From contig JAYWIR010000007.1 in the NCBI GenBank assembly GCA_036172245.1, forward strand, positions 2,170,001 through 2,234,000: a stretch of 64,000 nucleotides of DNA, given 5' to 3'. A program made the position numbers and the translations under genes. The notes beneath the pieces are model-generated. The model saw nothing but the letters and a program-made list of their open reading frames with translations, ran no database searches and was not told where the DNA came from. Below, piece by piece: positions 51,900-64,000 of this stretch (the first letter of the stretch is position 1; each line of letters begins with the position of its first letter). The DNA comes from Raillietiella orientalis. Taxonomy: Eukaryota.

Positions 51900-54688
51900 C
51901 GATCCTTCATGCTGTTCATGTGGCGTCCAGTACTGGCGGATCGAAGCTTTCGCGCGAACACGGCAAGGAGGGTTGCCATGGATACTGCGAACGAAATCTG
52001 GCGCGGGCATCGCTTTCTGCTGGGTCCTTCGTTCCGTCCTTCCGCGCCGAAGGAAACATCGCTCGCGCTGCCATCTTTCCCGAGCGGAAGTGCCGAAAAC
52101 CCGAACCTCGTGCACATGGATCAGATGCTGAGTCCTTGCTAGCGTTGATCCGGCCCTGATGTTCATTTTTCGTAACCTTGATGATTCGGTGGAGCAACGG
52201 GTCTGCCAAGGCTGTCGACGCATTTGGAAGAGCGCAATCTGAGTCACTGCGCTCTTCCAGACACACTGATCTCCGCCGCCCGTTTGTTTGTTTGTCTTGG
52301 TGGGTGTGGCTTGAACGGCTGGATTACAACGGGAAGGGCTGCTGGAAAATTGAGAATCCGGCACCAACGCGAGGGATAGGGAAGTTATTCACCTCTGACC
52401 TACGCACGATGCAACTCCAGGCCGCACGGGCATCCCGCGTCACGAGGTTCCCAGATGGAGGGAAGATCGCGTCCTGCACCGGGCAGGTCGTTCGTCGGGA
52501 TGTTCCCTGCCCGATCCAAAGGCAAACCTCCATTTGCGGACTGCAGATCTCTTCGTGCGGAGCGACTTGATTTGACGTAGTCCACCAGGAGGCTCTTTGA
52601 GAAGAGAGAGTGTCCTTAGGGCAGTACTTAGTCTCCAGTCGCTGCTTCGATAACCCAACCATGGCTGCTGGAGGAGGTGGTGGCGAACTGGCGTCCCAGA
52701 GGGGAAAGTCAGAAGCACCGGGAGATAATCGCCTCCGAGCAGTCTGTCCCGGGAACAGACCCGAAGCTCTCCATCCAGATCTGTTGTCCAGGGAAGAGAG
52801 AGGGGACTCACTCACCAGTTGGGTGTGGCAGCAAACGGAACCTGAAGAGGCGAGGCGGTGGAAGGATAGTGCGGCTGCTTCCGCAGCAATGCGTTGGAAG
52901 CGGGCTCTGCCCTCCGGCAACAAGGAAACACCAGCGTCGGCGAGGGCGGCCCGTCGTAGGTTCTCCGGGAACTCGAGATCCCCGGGATGGAGGAAGTCTT
53001 CAGCCCTGGGGCTGAAGACCTCCTCCATCCTGAAGAAATCGGCGTGCACGCTGGAAGAAGAAATACTGCCCTCGAACATCCATCCAGTATTCTCGGTATC
53101 CACATTGGAAGCTTCGGATTCGGGCACCTACAGTGCTCAAAAGGGAACGCCTCAACAGTCACGGCTCCGTGATGGCGGCGAATTGAAAAAAACAGACCGA
53201 AAAGATGGTGAGATCCCCCTCCCCCCTCCTACCGCTCCTTCTCTCTTCTCATTTGTCTGAACTCTCTACTGGCATGCACCGTAAAAACATCGAGACGTGA
53301 ACGCGTGCGCAGTTGTCTCGCGGCTCGGGCTGATGGCGTGCGTTCACCCGTTCGCGGGGACGCTCACACCGTGCGTGTTCACGCTTGTTTTCCTCACGCT
53401 TGTGCACAGCCGGTTACGCCAGGGTGAACTCATCCTCCCCCGGACGGATGCAGACGCATCCACCAGACGGTCGCGGCGAGGCTGTGGAACCTTCACGAAG
53501 GGGTGGTGCCTCCCTTCGCGCGTCCTCCTGAAAAATGTGGGAAGCTCCGGGGAAGATTCGCGACCGTCCTTCCACGCAGCAGCCGGCGGGGTCAAGGTCT
53601 GGGTCAGCCGCGCAGCCGATCGCCGTGCTGATGGAGGAACACGAATGGCCATCCTACCACCCACTCAACAGGAATGCTTGGCGGCAGGGACCGCTGGGAA
53701 CGTGGATAGAAAGTCGAACCTTCCCGAACAGCAGCGCCGTTGGTCATCTGGGGTAACTTCCCCTCCCCCCCCTAGGGGGTGCTGGACGAGTTGAACCTGC
53801 TTCCCAGATTTCAGCGTGTGACAGCGTCCACCACTTCATCTTTGGGATCAGGAGGAAGAAGACGCTCCTGAAGAGTGGGAGGTGACGTGCTGCATCTCTA
53901 GGGTCACCAGGTCTATTGACCAAACGGAAAACTCTCGTCTAAGGAACGAAGACACTCCCCAAGTTCCAGCTAAGGGTCCCCAAAGACGGATGGAATCCCT
54001 GGAGATTCCACGGGAGAGCTTCGAGATCGGGGGCTTTCCCGGTCGACATCTCCGTCCTTTCTCTCCGGTGCCAGCAGACCTCCATCCTGGGGATGCATCG
54101 GAGATGGGGAGGGTCGCCCAAGAAAAGTCCCCACTGCGGAACAGTGGGAACGCTCCTGCGCGTACTGCTGGAATGCGGAGGGATGGGAGCGCATGGCTGA
54201 AAGCACTTCAGAGTGCCTTTCCAGAAGACTCTTTATAGAGATGTCCACGCCTCCGGGCTTGCCGGTAGCCTCGTCGCTGACGATGCGCCGCCACGCACGC
54301 GCCACAGTGGCTGTCAAAACGGAGGGAGAAGAAATGGGGCCGACATCCCGGAGAGCCATTGGCAATCGCCGTCGCTCGAATGCGCAAGGCGATGAAGTGG
54401 CCCAATCCGGGAAGTGAGGTACGGGGGAGTCTTCGAACGCTTGTGGGCAGGCTGACTTCAAACCGGAAGAGCGCATCCCCTTTCCCTGCCCGATGCAGAC
54501 CCTCGAGAATCAAGCGGAATACCGTGAGGCCGGTTCATACCATTCCCTTTATCTTCATTGTCCCTCCACCCTCGTCTCCCTCCAGTCCTCCTCCCCAGTT
54601 CTGCCCCCTGCGAGGGCATTCCCTTTGCGTGTGGTCCATAAAAGTATAATTCGATTTTTGAATAAATGGGGAGACGTCGCAGGAGGTG
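51900..54688 (+). mobile_element. Old, heavily decayed LINE (linker, RT N-terminus, C-terminus, 3' UTR) - copy J
   Basis: GKGCWKIEN (GxWKLN-like); ETPASARAARRRF aligns to DVPASFRSARVRLL; WCLPSRVLL; WEVTCCIS...TPQVPAKG; degenerate zinc finger; AATAAATG at 54661. May be more than one insertion. Confidence 0.55.
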
Positions 54689-54689
54689 T

Positions 54690-55450
54690 TCTGACGCTTG
54701 TCAGGGATTTCTGCCAGCCCCCTGGTAGATATCACGCGACCCCCTTGTCCGACCCCAGGCACGATCCGGTAATGCCGTTCGTCTCTTGACTCGGTCGCCG
54801 ACCTGCGAGCGCGGGTGGTCGTCGAGGAAGACGCGATCGATCCTTCTTCCCATCCCAGGTACTCCGACCTGTTGGTCTTCACGGAGCCGCGGTCGCGCGT
54901 GACCCGTCGACCGGAACGAGCTGTCCGCCGCTGCCGGGAGCGACAGAATGTTGAATTCTCCGGCCACTGGAAGAGTCCTCCTGCACTCCAGCCGCTCGCG
55001 CTTCCGGAATTCAAAGAAACGGCGCACCTGACCCCGCACGCGCAGGAGGTACTCGGTGAGCAGGCGTTCGTGACGACAAGGTCGATCGGACTCGGATGCC
55101 ACCTGACCCCAGCTGCCCGACTTTGCTGTCGAACCGAACATCCTCCACAACACGCCCCGAGTCCCAGGAGGCCGTCAGTCCCACATGACCGCACGAGACC
55201 GCCATGACATCATTCCCACCTGTAACCCGTTCCATCAAGGAGACCTCCCCTACCGAGATGCTGCGGATCCCCTCCCTGCAGGGGCGCCGATCGAAGAACC
55301 AAGGGACGCAGAGCGCCTCGCCGACTCTCAACCCGACTCTCAACCCGTTAACGTTCCAGTGAGCAAATCCAGGCGATCGCCCTGCATCCCTGCCTTGAAG
55401 ATGACGTCGACGTTCCCACTTGGCTTCCGAGCGGGACGCGTACGAAAGGA
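54690..55450 (-). mobile_element. Decayed LINE APE endonuclease fragment
   Basis: VAGEFN, GRRIDRVFLDDH, RTALPDR, colinear with the 39.3-40.2 kb endonuclease remnant. Confidence 0.65.
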
Positions 55451-57039
55451 CGTGGCTGCCTCTCCCCCAATTTCGGAGGTCGATGCATATCCACCTTGTG
55501 AGGATCGTCTCGTGCCTTTGGTCCGCCTTCCCGATGGGGAGGGGGGGGGGGGTTCGTGTGTTTTCCCCGCAGCCGCGACGAGCGTTTTCAGTTCAAGCTC
55601 GGACGCCTCGAGACCTTTTTCCTTCTGACGTCCTCGGGCGCATGCTTCACTGCTGCCAGATCCTTGGTGATTTCTCAGAGGGCTTTTCCACTTGGTCGCG
55701 CCGGAGCGTTGGAAGAAGCAATGAACATGCAAATCTGATAGGGTCCGAGGTGCTGCAAAGGCCAAACATTCAGGGTGCGGAAACGCCGGTAACCAAGGCC
55801 GGTTAACCAACCAGGTTTCTCATGCTGCGCTTATCGTAAACAACAAAATGTGAGCGCATGCGCAGTCAGTTCACGGCTGTAGGGATGGTGGTGTATGCAT
55901 TGCCCTGCCCGCAAGTGCACACCTGCGGGCATGAAAAGTCCAATTGAAGTAGATTGCTCTCAGGCAGGCGCACCCGATAAAGGAATGACGGCCCCACCTT
56001 GTGATGTTCCTGGATTCGATGGTCGAAGCGAGAGAAACGCATACCACTGACAGCGACGAGCGTTTTGGAGACTTCGAAAAAATAGCTTGGGAGAGGCGGG
56101 CCTGCGGACAACCCACTCATACCAGTCATGGTTGTCGCTCCGTCAAGTGTTGCTGCTGATGTCGATTTATTCCAGTTCAGTTGTAACACTTATCGTCTCA
56201 TCCGTGCGGTTGACTGTCAACGGTTACAGATGAGCGTAGGTGCTGGTTTGAGGTACACAGCAACGGAGCTGGAAGAGGACGCAACGGACACATGGACGAC
56301 CGAAGACGCCCAAGAGCTGCAAGAGAACGCCTGAGGCAACTGACGCGCGAACAACTTCAGTTGGTGACGGTCGTAGCAAACGGTGCTGTCGTTATCTTGT
56401 GGTGTTCCTACGTCAGTGCGTCTAGTTTGGAAATCAGTGCGGCTTGCTTGGAGTTTATCTTGGTCAAACGAGTCGTCACCTCAGATGAGTCAAACAGCGC
56501 CCGATGACACTCATTGGAACAAAGACTCAGTGGCCCTCTCGGCATCTGTTTCTCGAATTTCGAAACCTTATCACCATGCTCTCCTCTTCCTGGAAAGGGA
56601 GTAGCATTTCGGAAACGCCATTTTTGTGGAGGAGCCTTCATTCCTACGCATCTGAAGCCCCTATTCTTCCCGACGACGGAGATGAAATTCCAGCACATCA
56701 TCGTTCACAAGGAAAGCGGTTCCAGAGATGCTGCCTTTGGAGTCAAACCGGCATTCGTCTGTCTTCCCCACTTCTCTTACGCACGAAGGAATGTAGGGGA
56801 ATGTTCAGTAGGAAAACCATGCTCTCACTGGCCGGCAGAGATAACCCACGAAACCTGGGCGACCTACTCGCACAATTCGACCACGGAGTATTAGAACGTG
56901 ACGAAGAAATGCTTCGCGATGGAAACGAAATCCTCACATCAGATTTTGGAAGGAAGGACGAAACGTGAAAACCACCACACGTTCCCCAACGAGTCACGCA
57001 CAATCTCGAATTATCCACCGGTTTTCCAGCTGCCCACCT

Positions 57040-57128
57040 CCATCCATCCTTCTATCCACCTATCCGTCTATCCTTCCATACTCCTATCCATTCATCCATC
57101 TATGCATCCGTCTATTCATCCATCCAAC
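57040..57128. repeat. Degenerate (ATCC)n microsatellite
   Basis: catc/tatc tetramer array. Confidence 0.8.
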
Positions 57129-57999
57129 CTTCCAATTATCTTCGGGCATTCAGGAGTTTAACTTTCCCTCTTGCAGCAAGGTTTCCATCACGCAATGGAG
57201 GCTGAGAAAATTGGAAAACTTTTAAAGAACCAATAGACGCTTTCACTTCCAGCATGATCAGCATTCCACATCTTCCTTTGAAGCCATTCAGCCTTTGAAA
57301 AAATGGAGCTTCATTGCATTCCAGAAAAGCAATGTCGCTTCAGAATGTTATTCTTCCCGCTGAGCCAAGCGACAGAGAATGCGGTTGGTGTCGGGGAACT
57401 TTCAATCTCTCGAAAGGAGCCGAGACTGCTGACTGTGGAAAACTCTTGCGAGTCTTCTATGGGACACCACCGGATGACCAGCCACCTTGGGCTTGATCAC
57501 GGATTCGCGTCCAGGGTTTCTCGATCTCTTTATGCACAGAAGACACCTCCGGTTCATGAATGACCAGATCCCTCGAGGCGAAATTCTGGAAGAACTTCCA
57601 TCCACGGAGGTGCGAATGATTCGAAAAACAGCATCCTCTAATTTTGTTTCCCGGAACCCTGCGCTTGCAAAGGACTTTTCGTACGACCCGCAGTTTGAAG
57701 GATTTCGCTTTCCTCGTCTTATCTAACACAGCTCACGTTCCGAAGTCCGTACTCTCCCAAAGGTCAGGCAGATTCGACTCAGCTGCAACACTGCAGAGCC
57801 GGAGGCACGCGGAGCCGGCTCTGCAGTGCTTCTAACCAACCTAGCTCGTTTGCAGGTCACGGTGGATTCCTACCCCTGAATCAAGGATATTTGGAAACTC
57901 TCGCTCTCATGAGAGGAAGCAAAAAGGCCTATTCCCCTGGGAACGAAATCCCTTATCGGAACTCGGAACATTTTAGGCATACGAAGTGGCCAAGCGTGA

Positions 58000-58925
58000 A
58001 GAAGAGTTGCGGTTCATGCGGGATCTTCCAAGTGGATTCCGGAGCGGTGGGTTCTGTGGCTACGTACCCCGGTCCACACACCGAGTAGCAGCACCCCTGG
58101 ATGGACTGCTCCCCTGCCTCGTGCCGGGTTTCCGCCGTTATGCCCTCCGTTTCTCAAATTTGGCTCTCCTGGAACCTTCAGCGACGCCCCAGTCTTCCAG
58201 CGATGGAGGCGCAGGTCCGCTGCCTCATTCCGGACGATGCTCCCCCGAACTGGAGGAAGGCTACCCAGCCCTTCCAAGGTCGCGCCACCGCGTCTGCGTA
58301 GAAACTCTCGTTGGCCAGATCCATCCGAGCAGCTCCGTTCGAGGTCCCTCCTCCGGAGTCTTCCCAGCTCCTCTCGCGCTGCTTCTTAAAGGCAAGGTTC
58401 CACCTCAGCCCTTCTTTGGTGCACCGTGCGGCCGGGATGATTCTCTTGCGCGCGGCCTCGGCAGGCTGCAGTTCCCTCGGAGAACTGCGGCGGAGGTTGG
58501 ATTTGGAGCTACTGCGCCCTGGGGACAGCACCCGCCGCCGAGGACTCGCCGCGGCAACCCTTGGCGCACGGCGGACTCCATGGCAGACACCATGATCGCA
58601 ACGACGGCTCGCGTCCGCCCGTCACCGCAGCCCCTGGAGTCGTGGGCGCGGCGAAGGGAGGTCACCAGCGTGGCAGCCACCTGCACGAGGACGGCTGCGA
58701 CCGGACGGCCTCGCCTGGAGGAAGACGAGTCGCCGACATTCCGCGCCGGTCAGACGATCCATATCTCCACTCTTCCTCGTTTATTTATTCATTTTTCCCT
58801 CCCTCCCGTTCCGGAGTGACCGACCTGCTTGTCGGTGAATCCTCTTCTTGAACTTGCTGTTTTTCTCTGGGAACCACCGACATTTTCGTTCATTTTCTGA
58901 ATAAACGCCTCAGCGTGACCGAGTC
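58000..58925 (+). mobile_element. Decayed LINE 3' fragment, second subfamily - copy I
   Basis: 3' UTR ttccggagtgaccgacctgcttgtcggtg shared with copies at 12.2 and 32.2 kb; AATAAACG at 58900; degenerate zinc finger. Confidence 0.7.
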
Positions 58926-59122
58926 ACAAACCACTCGCCTCGACCACCGGTCAAGGTTCGGAGCCAAGTGCACCGGGACCGGGTTGTTGCAAGCCACCAG
59001 CAACCATTGTTTTCGGAGAGGGTCAGCCCTCTCCACCAACCCATGATGGAGGCCGTGTGACCCAGGCTCCCGCGAAAGAACACCAAGCGTACACCAAGCG
59101 TAAGCTCAGCCCTCCTCGATCA

Positions 59123-59200
59123 GCCTGCGCCGGAGTTCGTGCGTCTGCCTTCTCCCCGCGCTTGGCGCCAGACGTCGCGAGTTCGAATCCCGCCCGGGAA
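59123..59200 (+). mobile_element. tRNA-like SINE head, third copy
   Basis: gcctgcgccggag...gtcgcgaGTTCGAATCCc aligns to the 5' head of the two copies above. Confidence 0.45.
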
Positions 59201-60346
59201 AATTCCAGGAGCGGATCCTTTCCAGGTTCCCTCCGGAGGAGAAACGAGGAAAGATGCCCGCCGTGTGGTCCTTCTGGAAAGAAAGAGGAAGAGGTTCTCT
59301 TCGAGATTTCCTCCGAAGCGCAAGAGGAACGGACTCCTCCCTCCGGGTCTTCCTGGATTCGTATGGTGGTCCCTCTGAGGTGACTCCCTTTAGCTTGAAG
59401 AGTTAACATACACCCTCGGGTGACATGGAGCAGTGTTAAAGAGCTTCATGATCTCCTTCCCCTCCCCTTCCCCCCCCCCTTCTAAGGAGGTGGACGGTTC
59501 TTCAGCACTTTGCGTCCCCCCCCCCGCCCTCTCCCCCCCCCCCCCAAAAAAAAAGAGAGAGAAAGCGGATGCAGTTCATTGTGATGACGTCACTCACGAG
59601 GCTGGATTACCCTTGGGAAGGCGGACTTTCGGAGTACGCTGGAGCAGCAGCATCACCTTCCAGCGCCATAGTTCGAAGGTGATGCTGGGGTCACGTGCCG
59701 ATCCGGACGACAGACTTCGACGGAAACGATCCCCCCTCTTGTCCACTCTCATCGGGAGATCGTCTTCCCGTTCTCCCTGAGTCTTCCTTTGATCTGCAAC
59801 AAGGAACGAAGCAGGGTCAGATTCGTCCCGTGTAGGGCTCCCGTTCGTCCAATAGCAGGTCTTCATGTGGCACGTCTCTTCTGGGAGAGCGCGAACGTCC
59901 AGGAGAAACGGAACACCTCCGCACCCTCGTGCTTGCATCGCGTCCGCATCCCGAGGCGGCGTGCATCAGCCAGTTTCCCAGAAAGTTTACGAGCTGCAGA
60001 CTGTGGCAATCGTGATCCCGATCTCGTCTGTGGCGCCTCCATACTTCCAGGAAGTAAAAAAAAAAAAAAAAAAAAAAAATGAAAAGGAGAGGGGAAAAAA
60101 GGGGAAGAGAAGGAAGTGTCCTTGAAACTCAGAATCTGATTTGCAAGTTCCTCTAGGGGAAATACCTTTCGAAAGAGGAGAGAGGAAAGCACGTTGTTAA
60201 CTCGAGCGCAAGAAACTTCCTCGTGTTGCAGCGCATCCCGACGCGGAAGTTCCCGCGCGTCGGCGCAGCAGACCGCTTGGTGCGCAGGTGCGCGCCAAGG
60301 GAGGCGGCCAAGGGAGCCGTAACCGTTGCGACAGGGAGGCGCACGG

Positions 60347-61100
60347 CACTCGGACCAGCGCTCGGGGCGTTTCTTTCATATAGAACAAAGATAAACAGCC
60401 ATAGTCTCTGTGGTTGGACCTGTGGCTCCAACCACGTGCAATTCAAGGGAGCCTGCCCGGGTTGCCGGTACTCAGCAGACGGGTGAAGTCTGCCGTGGCA
60501 GCAGGGAGGAAGGGGGGCAAATAAAAAGAAAAGAAACAAAGAAATAATAGACAAATTTGAGGGAGGGGGGCGGAGGAGCGTGAAGGGATCACGTTCTTCT
60601 GGGGATGGCTCCTTTGCATCCTCTGCAGGATGCCGGCAACCTCTTGCTGCACAGAGTTGTTCAGGTGGGGCGATCCCGTTGACATCATCATGAAACGGAC
60701 GGCGAAGTGGATGTGGCACCTCTTTCTCCGCCCTTCCCTCGCATCGATCCGGGCAGCGACGATCCAGCGGAGGCATCAGACTGCTAGCGAGACTGCCGGC
60801 CGAAAGGTGTCGCCAACGAAAAGGGGGTCTTAATGACGTGGAATGGAGTTACCACCGGGGGTAGCCGCATCCCTGGATGCCCGTCGGCAGAAATCGCAGG
60901 AAAAAGCTCCAGGAAGCTGGAAGCGGAACACGAGTCCCCATCGAGGAAACCATGCGCCATGCGACGGCCGGCTCGCCGCTCGAGTTTCACCCGGGTGTGC
61001 CAGGGCGTTTATTTTTCAACAAACCTATTACAGAAAAAACTGTGGTTGGACTTGTGGTCCAACCACGCCCTATTTAAAAGAAAACTGCCAGGTCAAACTG
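60347..61100 (-). mobile_element. Decayed LINE 3' fragment - copy H
   Basis: TGSPHLNNSVQQEVAGILQRM; 3' UTR very similar to copy G. Confidence 0.75.
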
Positions 61101-61149
61101 CTCGAAGTCACGCAACAGAGCCCTCGCCCACTGGTCATCCCGGAAGTGA

Positions 61150-63300
61150 CCAAGGTTTCGGGGAAGTCATCGGCAAAAACTCGGAACTTGGAGATTTCTT
61201 GCAGGGTCGTGACGGAGGCATCACTTGCGTGAGATTCGTACGGGGGGACCAGAGCAGCCGTGACCTTGAATTCGGTCCATAGGCTACGCAATGCAGTCTA
61301 CAAGAGCGGCATCCAGGAGGAAAGAGCGTCTGACAAAAAAACATCCTCGGAAAGCGATATGAACTTTGGTACAGGAGAACCATTTTGATCTGGACGGAGT
61401 CCACGGCTTCTGAATAGAGCACGGCGAAGGCTTCGAGTGGACAAAACTTCGCGTTCGCGGGTATCCGCTCCCCTGGATTCTTTTGAGAATGGGGTCGGCG
61501 AATGCAAAATCCACACCGGCCTCTATCCTCCTCCTCTGTGAAATTTGGGATTGCCAATTCGGCGTCGAACGCTTCCCCAGCGGGCACCCTCTCCAGGATA
61601 TTCGCTCCAGTATAGATGGCATCTCCAGGATGGACCCTCAGCGACTGCATCTCCTGAGCAGCATCCACAAGGGGGGCGTCTCCAACTGCATCCAAGACAA
61701 AAGCGAAATCCTCCACAGCAGATGAAGACGAGAGCAGCATCAGCGCTGATCAAACCACCCCCCAACAAAGACCGCGAACAAGAGTTGCAGCCCAGGGGAA
61801 TCCACTGCTGTGGCTCCGATAGCAGCATCCACTCTTCGGTAAGATCAAACACCGAGAGGAGGCTGACAGCGAGCGCTTCTCCTCCGTTGGAACCTCCAGC
61901 TCAAAGACTCCACGCCAGCATAGTGCGCGAAGCAGCAGCTGCTCAGCGAAATCCAGCTGGATGGCAGGTAAGTGGGCTGTACCACTACCGAATAGTGAAA
62001 TCTGCATCCGCTCGGCGTCCATGGCGACGAACATCCGTGACAGTCCTCGACTCAGTCCACAGCGTCCACGGGAACGAAACACGTTCCCGCGAAATCGACC
62101 ACAAAGCCTCCCAGCGAACCCGGGAACAGAGGTTAGCACCCCTGCAGGAATGGGAGCGACGGTGCGCGCATCGGAGAAACCAACAGAGGCGATTTCAGGG
62201 ACGAAGGGACTCGCAAAAGATGACGCTGCTGCCAAACGGCGAGGACTTCGCCGAAATCAACCGCCTCGAGAAGCTGCGCCACGCAGCCCGCAATGGCAGA
62301 GACGCCTGTCGTCTTGGGATCGCCCCAGGCTCCTCCCTCCTGAGCGCGTTTCTGTCCGTTTCCGGCGGTTTCCCACTCGAGGACGCCAGCACGTTGTCCA
62401 TCGCGCCCCCCGTGAGAGGGAAGGAGCCATTCTTCGCTCCCTTCGCTACTCCTGGAAATGCCGGTGCTCCCGGAGGATTTCCGTTCGGTCCTGATGCGGT
62501 CGCTTTGCAGATCAGATGCTCCGAGCACCTTCCCGTTCAGACCTCCAAGTGAGCGTCCAGCCAACGTCTGCACAGTGTGGATGGCACTTCCCTGTACACT
62601 GCCAGGTGCAGACAGCGCCAGGAGGGTCCACACTTCCTCGGGAACGCAACCCAAAGTCCTCGGGGAGCCCAAACTCTTGCCTGACCTCCAAGAAAAAGTC
62701 CCCAAGATTGGATTCTCTTTCCCCCTTCCACCTCGCAGTTTGAGAACCTCGCGCGAAGACCGGGCCTCGTGCCGAATCCAAGATCCAGGAATGCCGAGGC
62801 TTCAGTAAGGAGCCCGGAGACTCGGAGGCCACCCTTCCAAACACGGAGGCGGAAATGCGATTTCTCTCACGGCTTTCGCTTCCCGCTTCTCCGCCCTGGT
62901 TGCTGGGGTAACCGCCAGCCGAGCGCCACCACACGGTGGACGGGATCCTCTGGGATCGAAGTGTGGCCGAAGCGCTCCGCCTTCCCGTGAAACTTCAGCC
63001 CACGCTGAGAGGCGGAAAAGGCGTGGAGGTATCTCTGGGGATAGGAACCGCAAGTCGCCATCAGGCGCCGCACGGGAACTTCGAAAAGCCCGAAGCTCCC
63101 CATCCCGGCCGAACAGCAGCTCCGATCTGGATCGCCGCCAGCCTTCGCAGCCAACAAAACTTTCCCGTCTCGGTGGGTCCTGTGGGCAGCAACGTTCCGT
63201 ATTCTTCTTGAAGACAATTCTCAGCTGTTCTCTTTTGGGGGGCCGAATTCTCATCCAGAATTATTCTTCACCCATCCCAGGCATCCTCATCGTCGTAAAT
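61150..63300 (+). mobile_element. Very old LINE remnant (RT C-terminal half to zinc-finger region)
   Basis: GRLQLHP/DKSEIL (GLxVNxxKS-like), WMAGKW, ILWDRSVAEALRLPV aligning to ILWDRLGTALGIPV. Confidence 0.45.
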
Positions 63301-63447
63301 TATTGGAAGTGTGCTTTGTCTTCCTCCTCTTTATCTTCTGACATCTCGAAAGCTCGGCAACTGCGCTTTTCTCTGACTTTTCGGTAGGGTCCCTGGGGCC
63401 GGTGCTTATCAAAATCCAGAAAGATTATAAAAAACAAGTGCTTTTAT

Positions 63448-63536
<89 letters not shown>

Positions 63537-63668
63537 ATATACATATACATATAGTGCATGTTTTTATTATATGTGTATATATATATATATACATATACAT
63601 ATATGTATATATATACATATACACATATAATAAAAACATGCACTTGTTATATATATATATATATATAC
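63448..63668. repeat. (ATATGT)n / (AT)n microsatellite block with inverted repeats
   Basis: Perfect ATATGT array at about 63448-63535; 28-bp perfect inverted repeat 63553-63580 / 63617-63644. Confidence 0.9.
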
Positions 63669-64000
63669 AGATTTATTCTAACATATATATTTATTAATGT
63701 AATTATTGATGTATGCTGATACATTATAAATATATGTATTCAAGCTTATAAAAATATATGTGTGTATGTTTATTATATATATTTATGCATATACTAAATA
63801 TGTATGAAATGAATATTGAAATATCGAATTATAAACACGAATATTTTTGTCAAAGGATCAAAATCCTGAATATGCAATTCGTCATTTCCTGCTGGAAGTT
63901 TCATTTATTGATTGTTGGAAATGACAGAAAAATGAAATACCAGATACCCTTTTGTTTTTTCATTTGTTTGCTTTTTTATGTTTATTTTTTTACCACTATT

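Noticed and set aside
55866..56968. ORFs at 55.9-57.0 kb, including an RIQEH (GIY-YIG-like) word
   Set aside because: No GIY/YIG motifs or other family support.
63409..63643. His-Ile and Tyr-Thr repeat ORFs
   Set aside because: Translations of the ATATGT microsatellite.

Overview
Eukaryotic, probably arthropod genomic DNA (inferred from the RpL30 N-terminus and ~50-nt introns) in three compositional zones. (1) ~1-11 kb is very GC- and CpG-rich, low-complexity sequence in which I can support no protein. (2) ~14-27.9 kb is an AT-rich, CpG-poor island with two intact spliced housekeeping genes, tail-to-tail: MRE11 (+, 11 coding exons, 15929-23295, 567 aa) and RpL30 (-, 3 coding exons, 23954-24480, 112 aa). 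(3) ~28-63.3 kb, plus 11.4-12.3 kb, is a graveyard of a dozen or more fragments of related L1/Tx1-like non-LTR retrotransposons (APE endonuclease, RT, C-terminal zinc finger). The window also has three copies of a tRNA-like SINE and a candidate secreted Thr/Arg/Trp/Pro-rich orphan gene (~43.0-45.1 kb). Most notable: these LINEs lack poly(A) tails and end in a fixed-spacing motif after AATAAA; two copies are stacked at the same nucleotide inside an antisense older copy, with a 13-bp duplication; one copy has a 215-bp inverted duplication with twin-priming geometry; and the 3' UTR hairpins are conserved. All alignments were done by eye, and boundaries of decayed elements are approximate.
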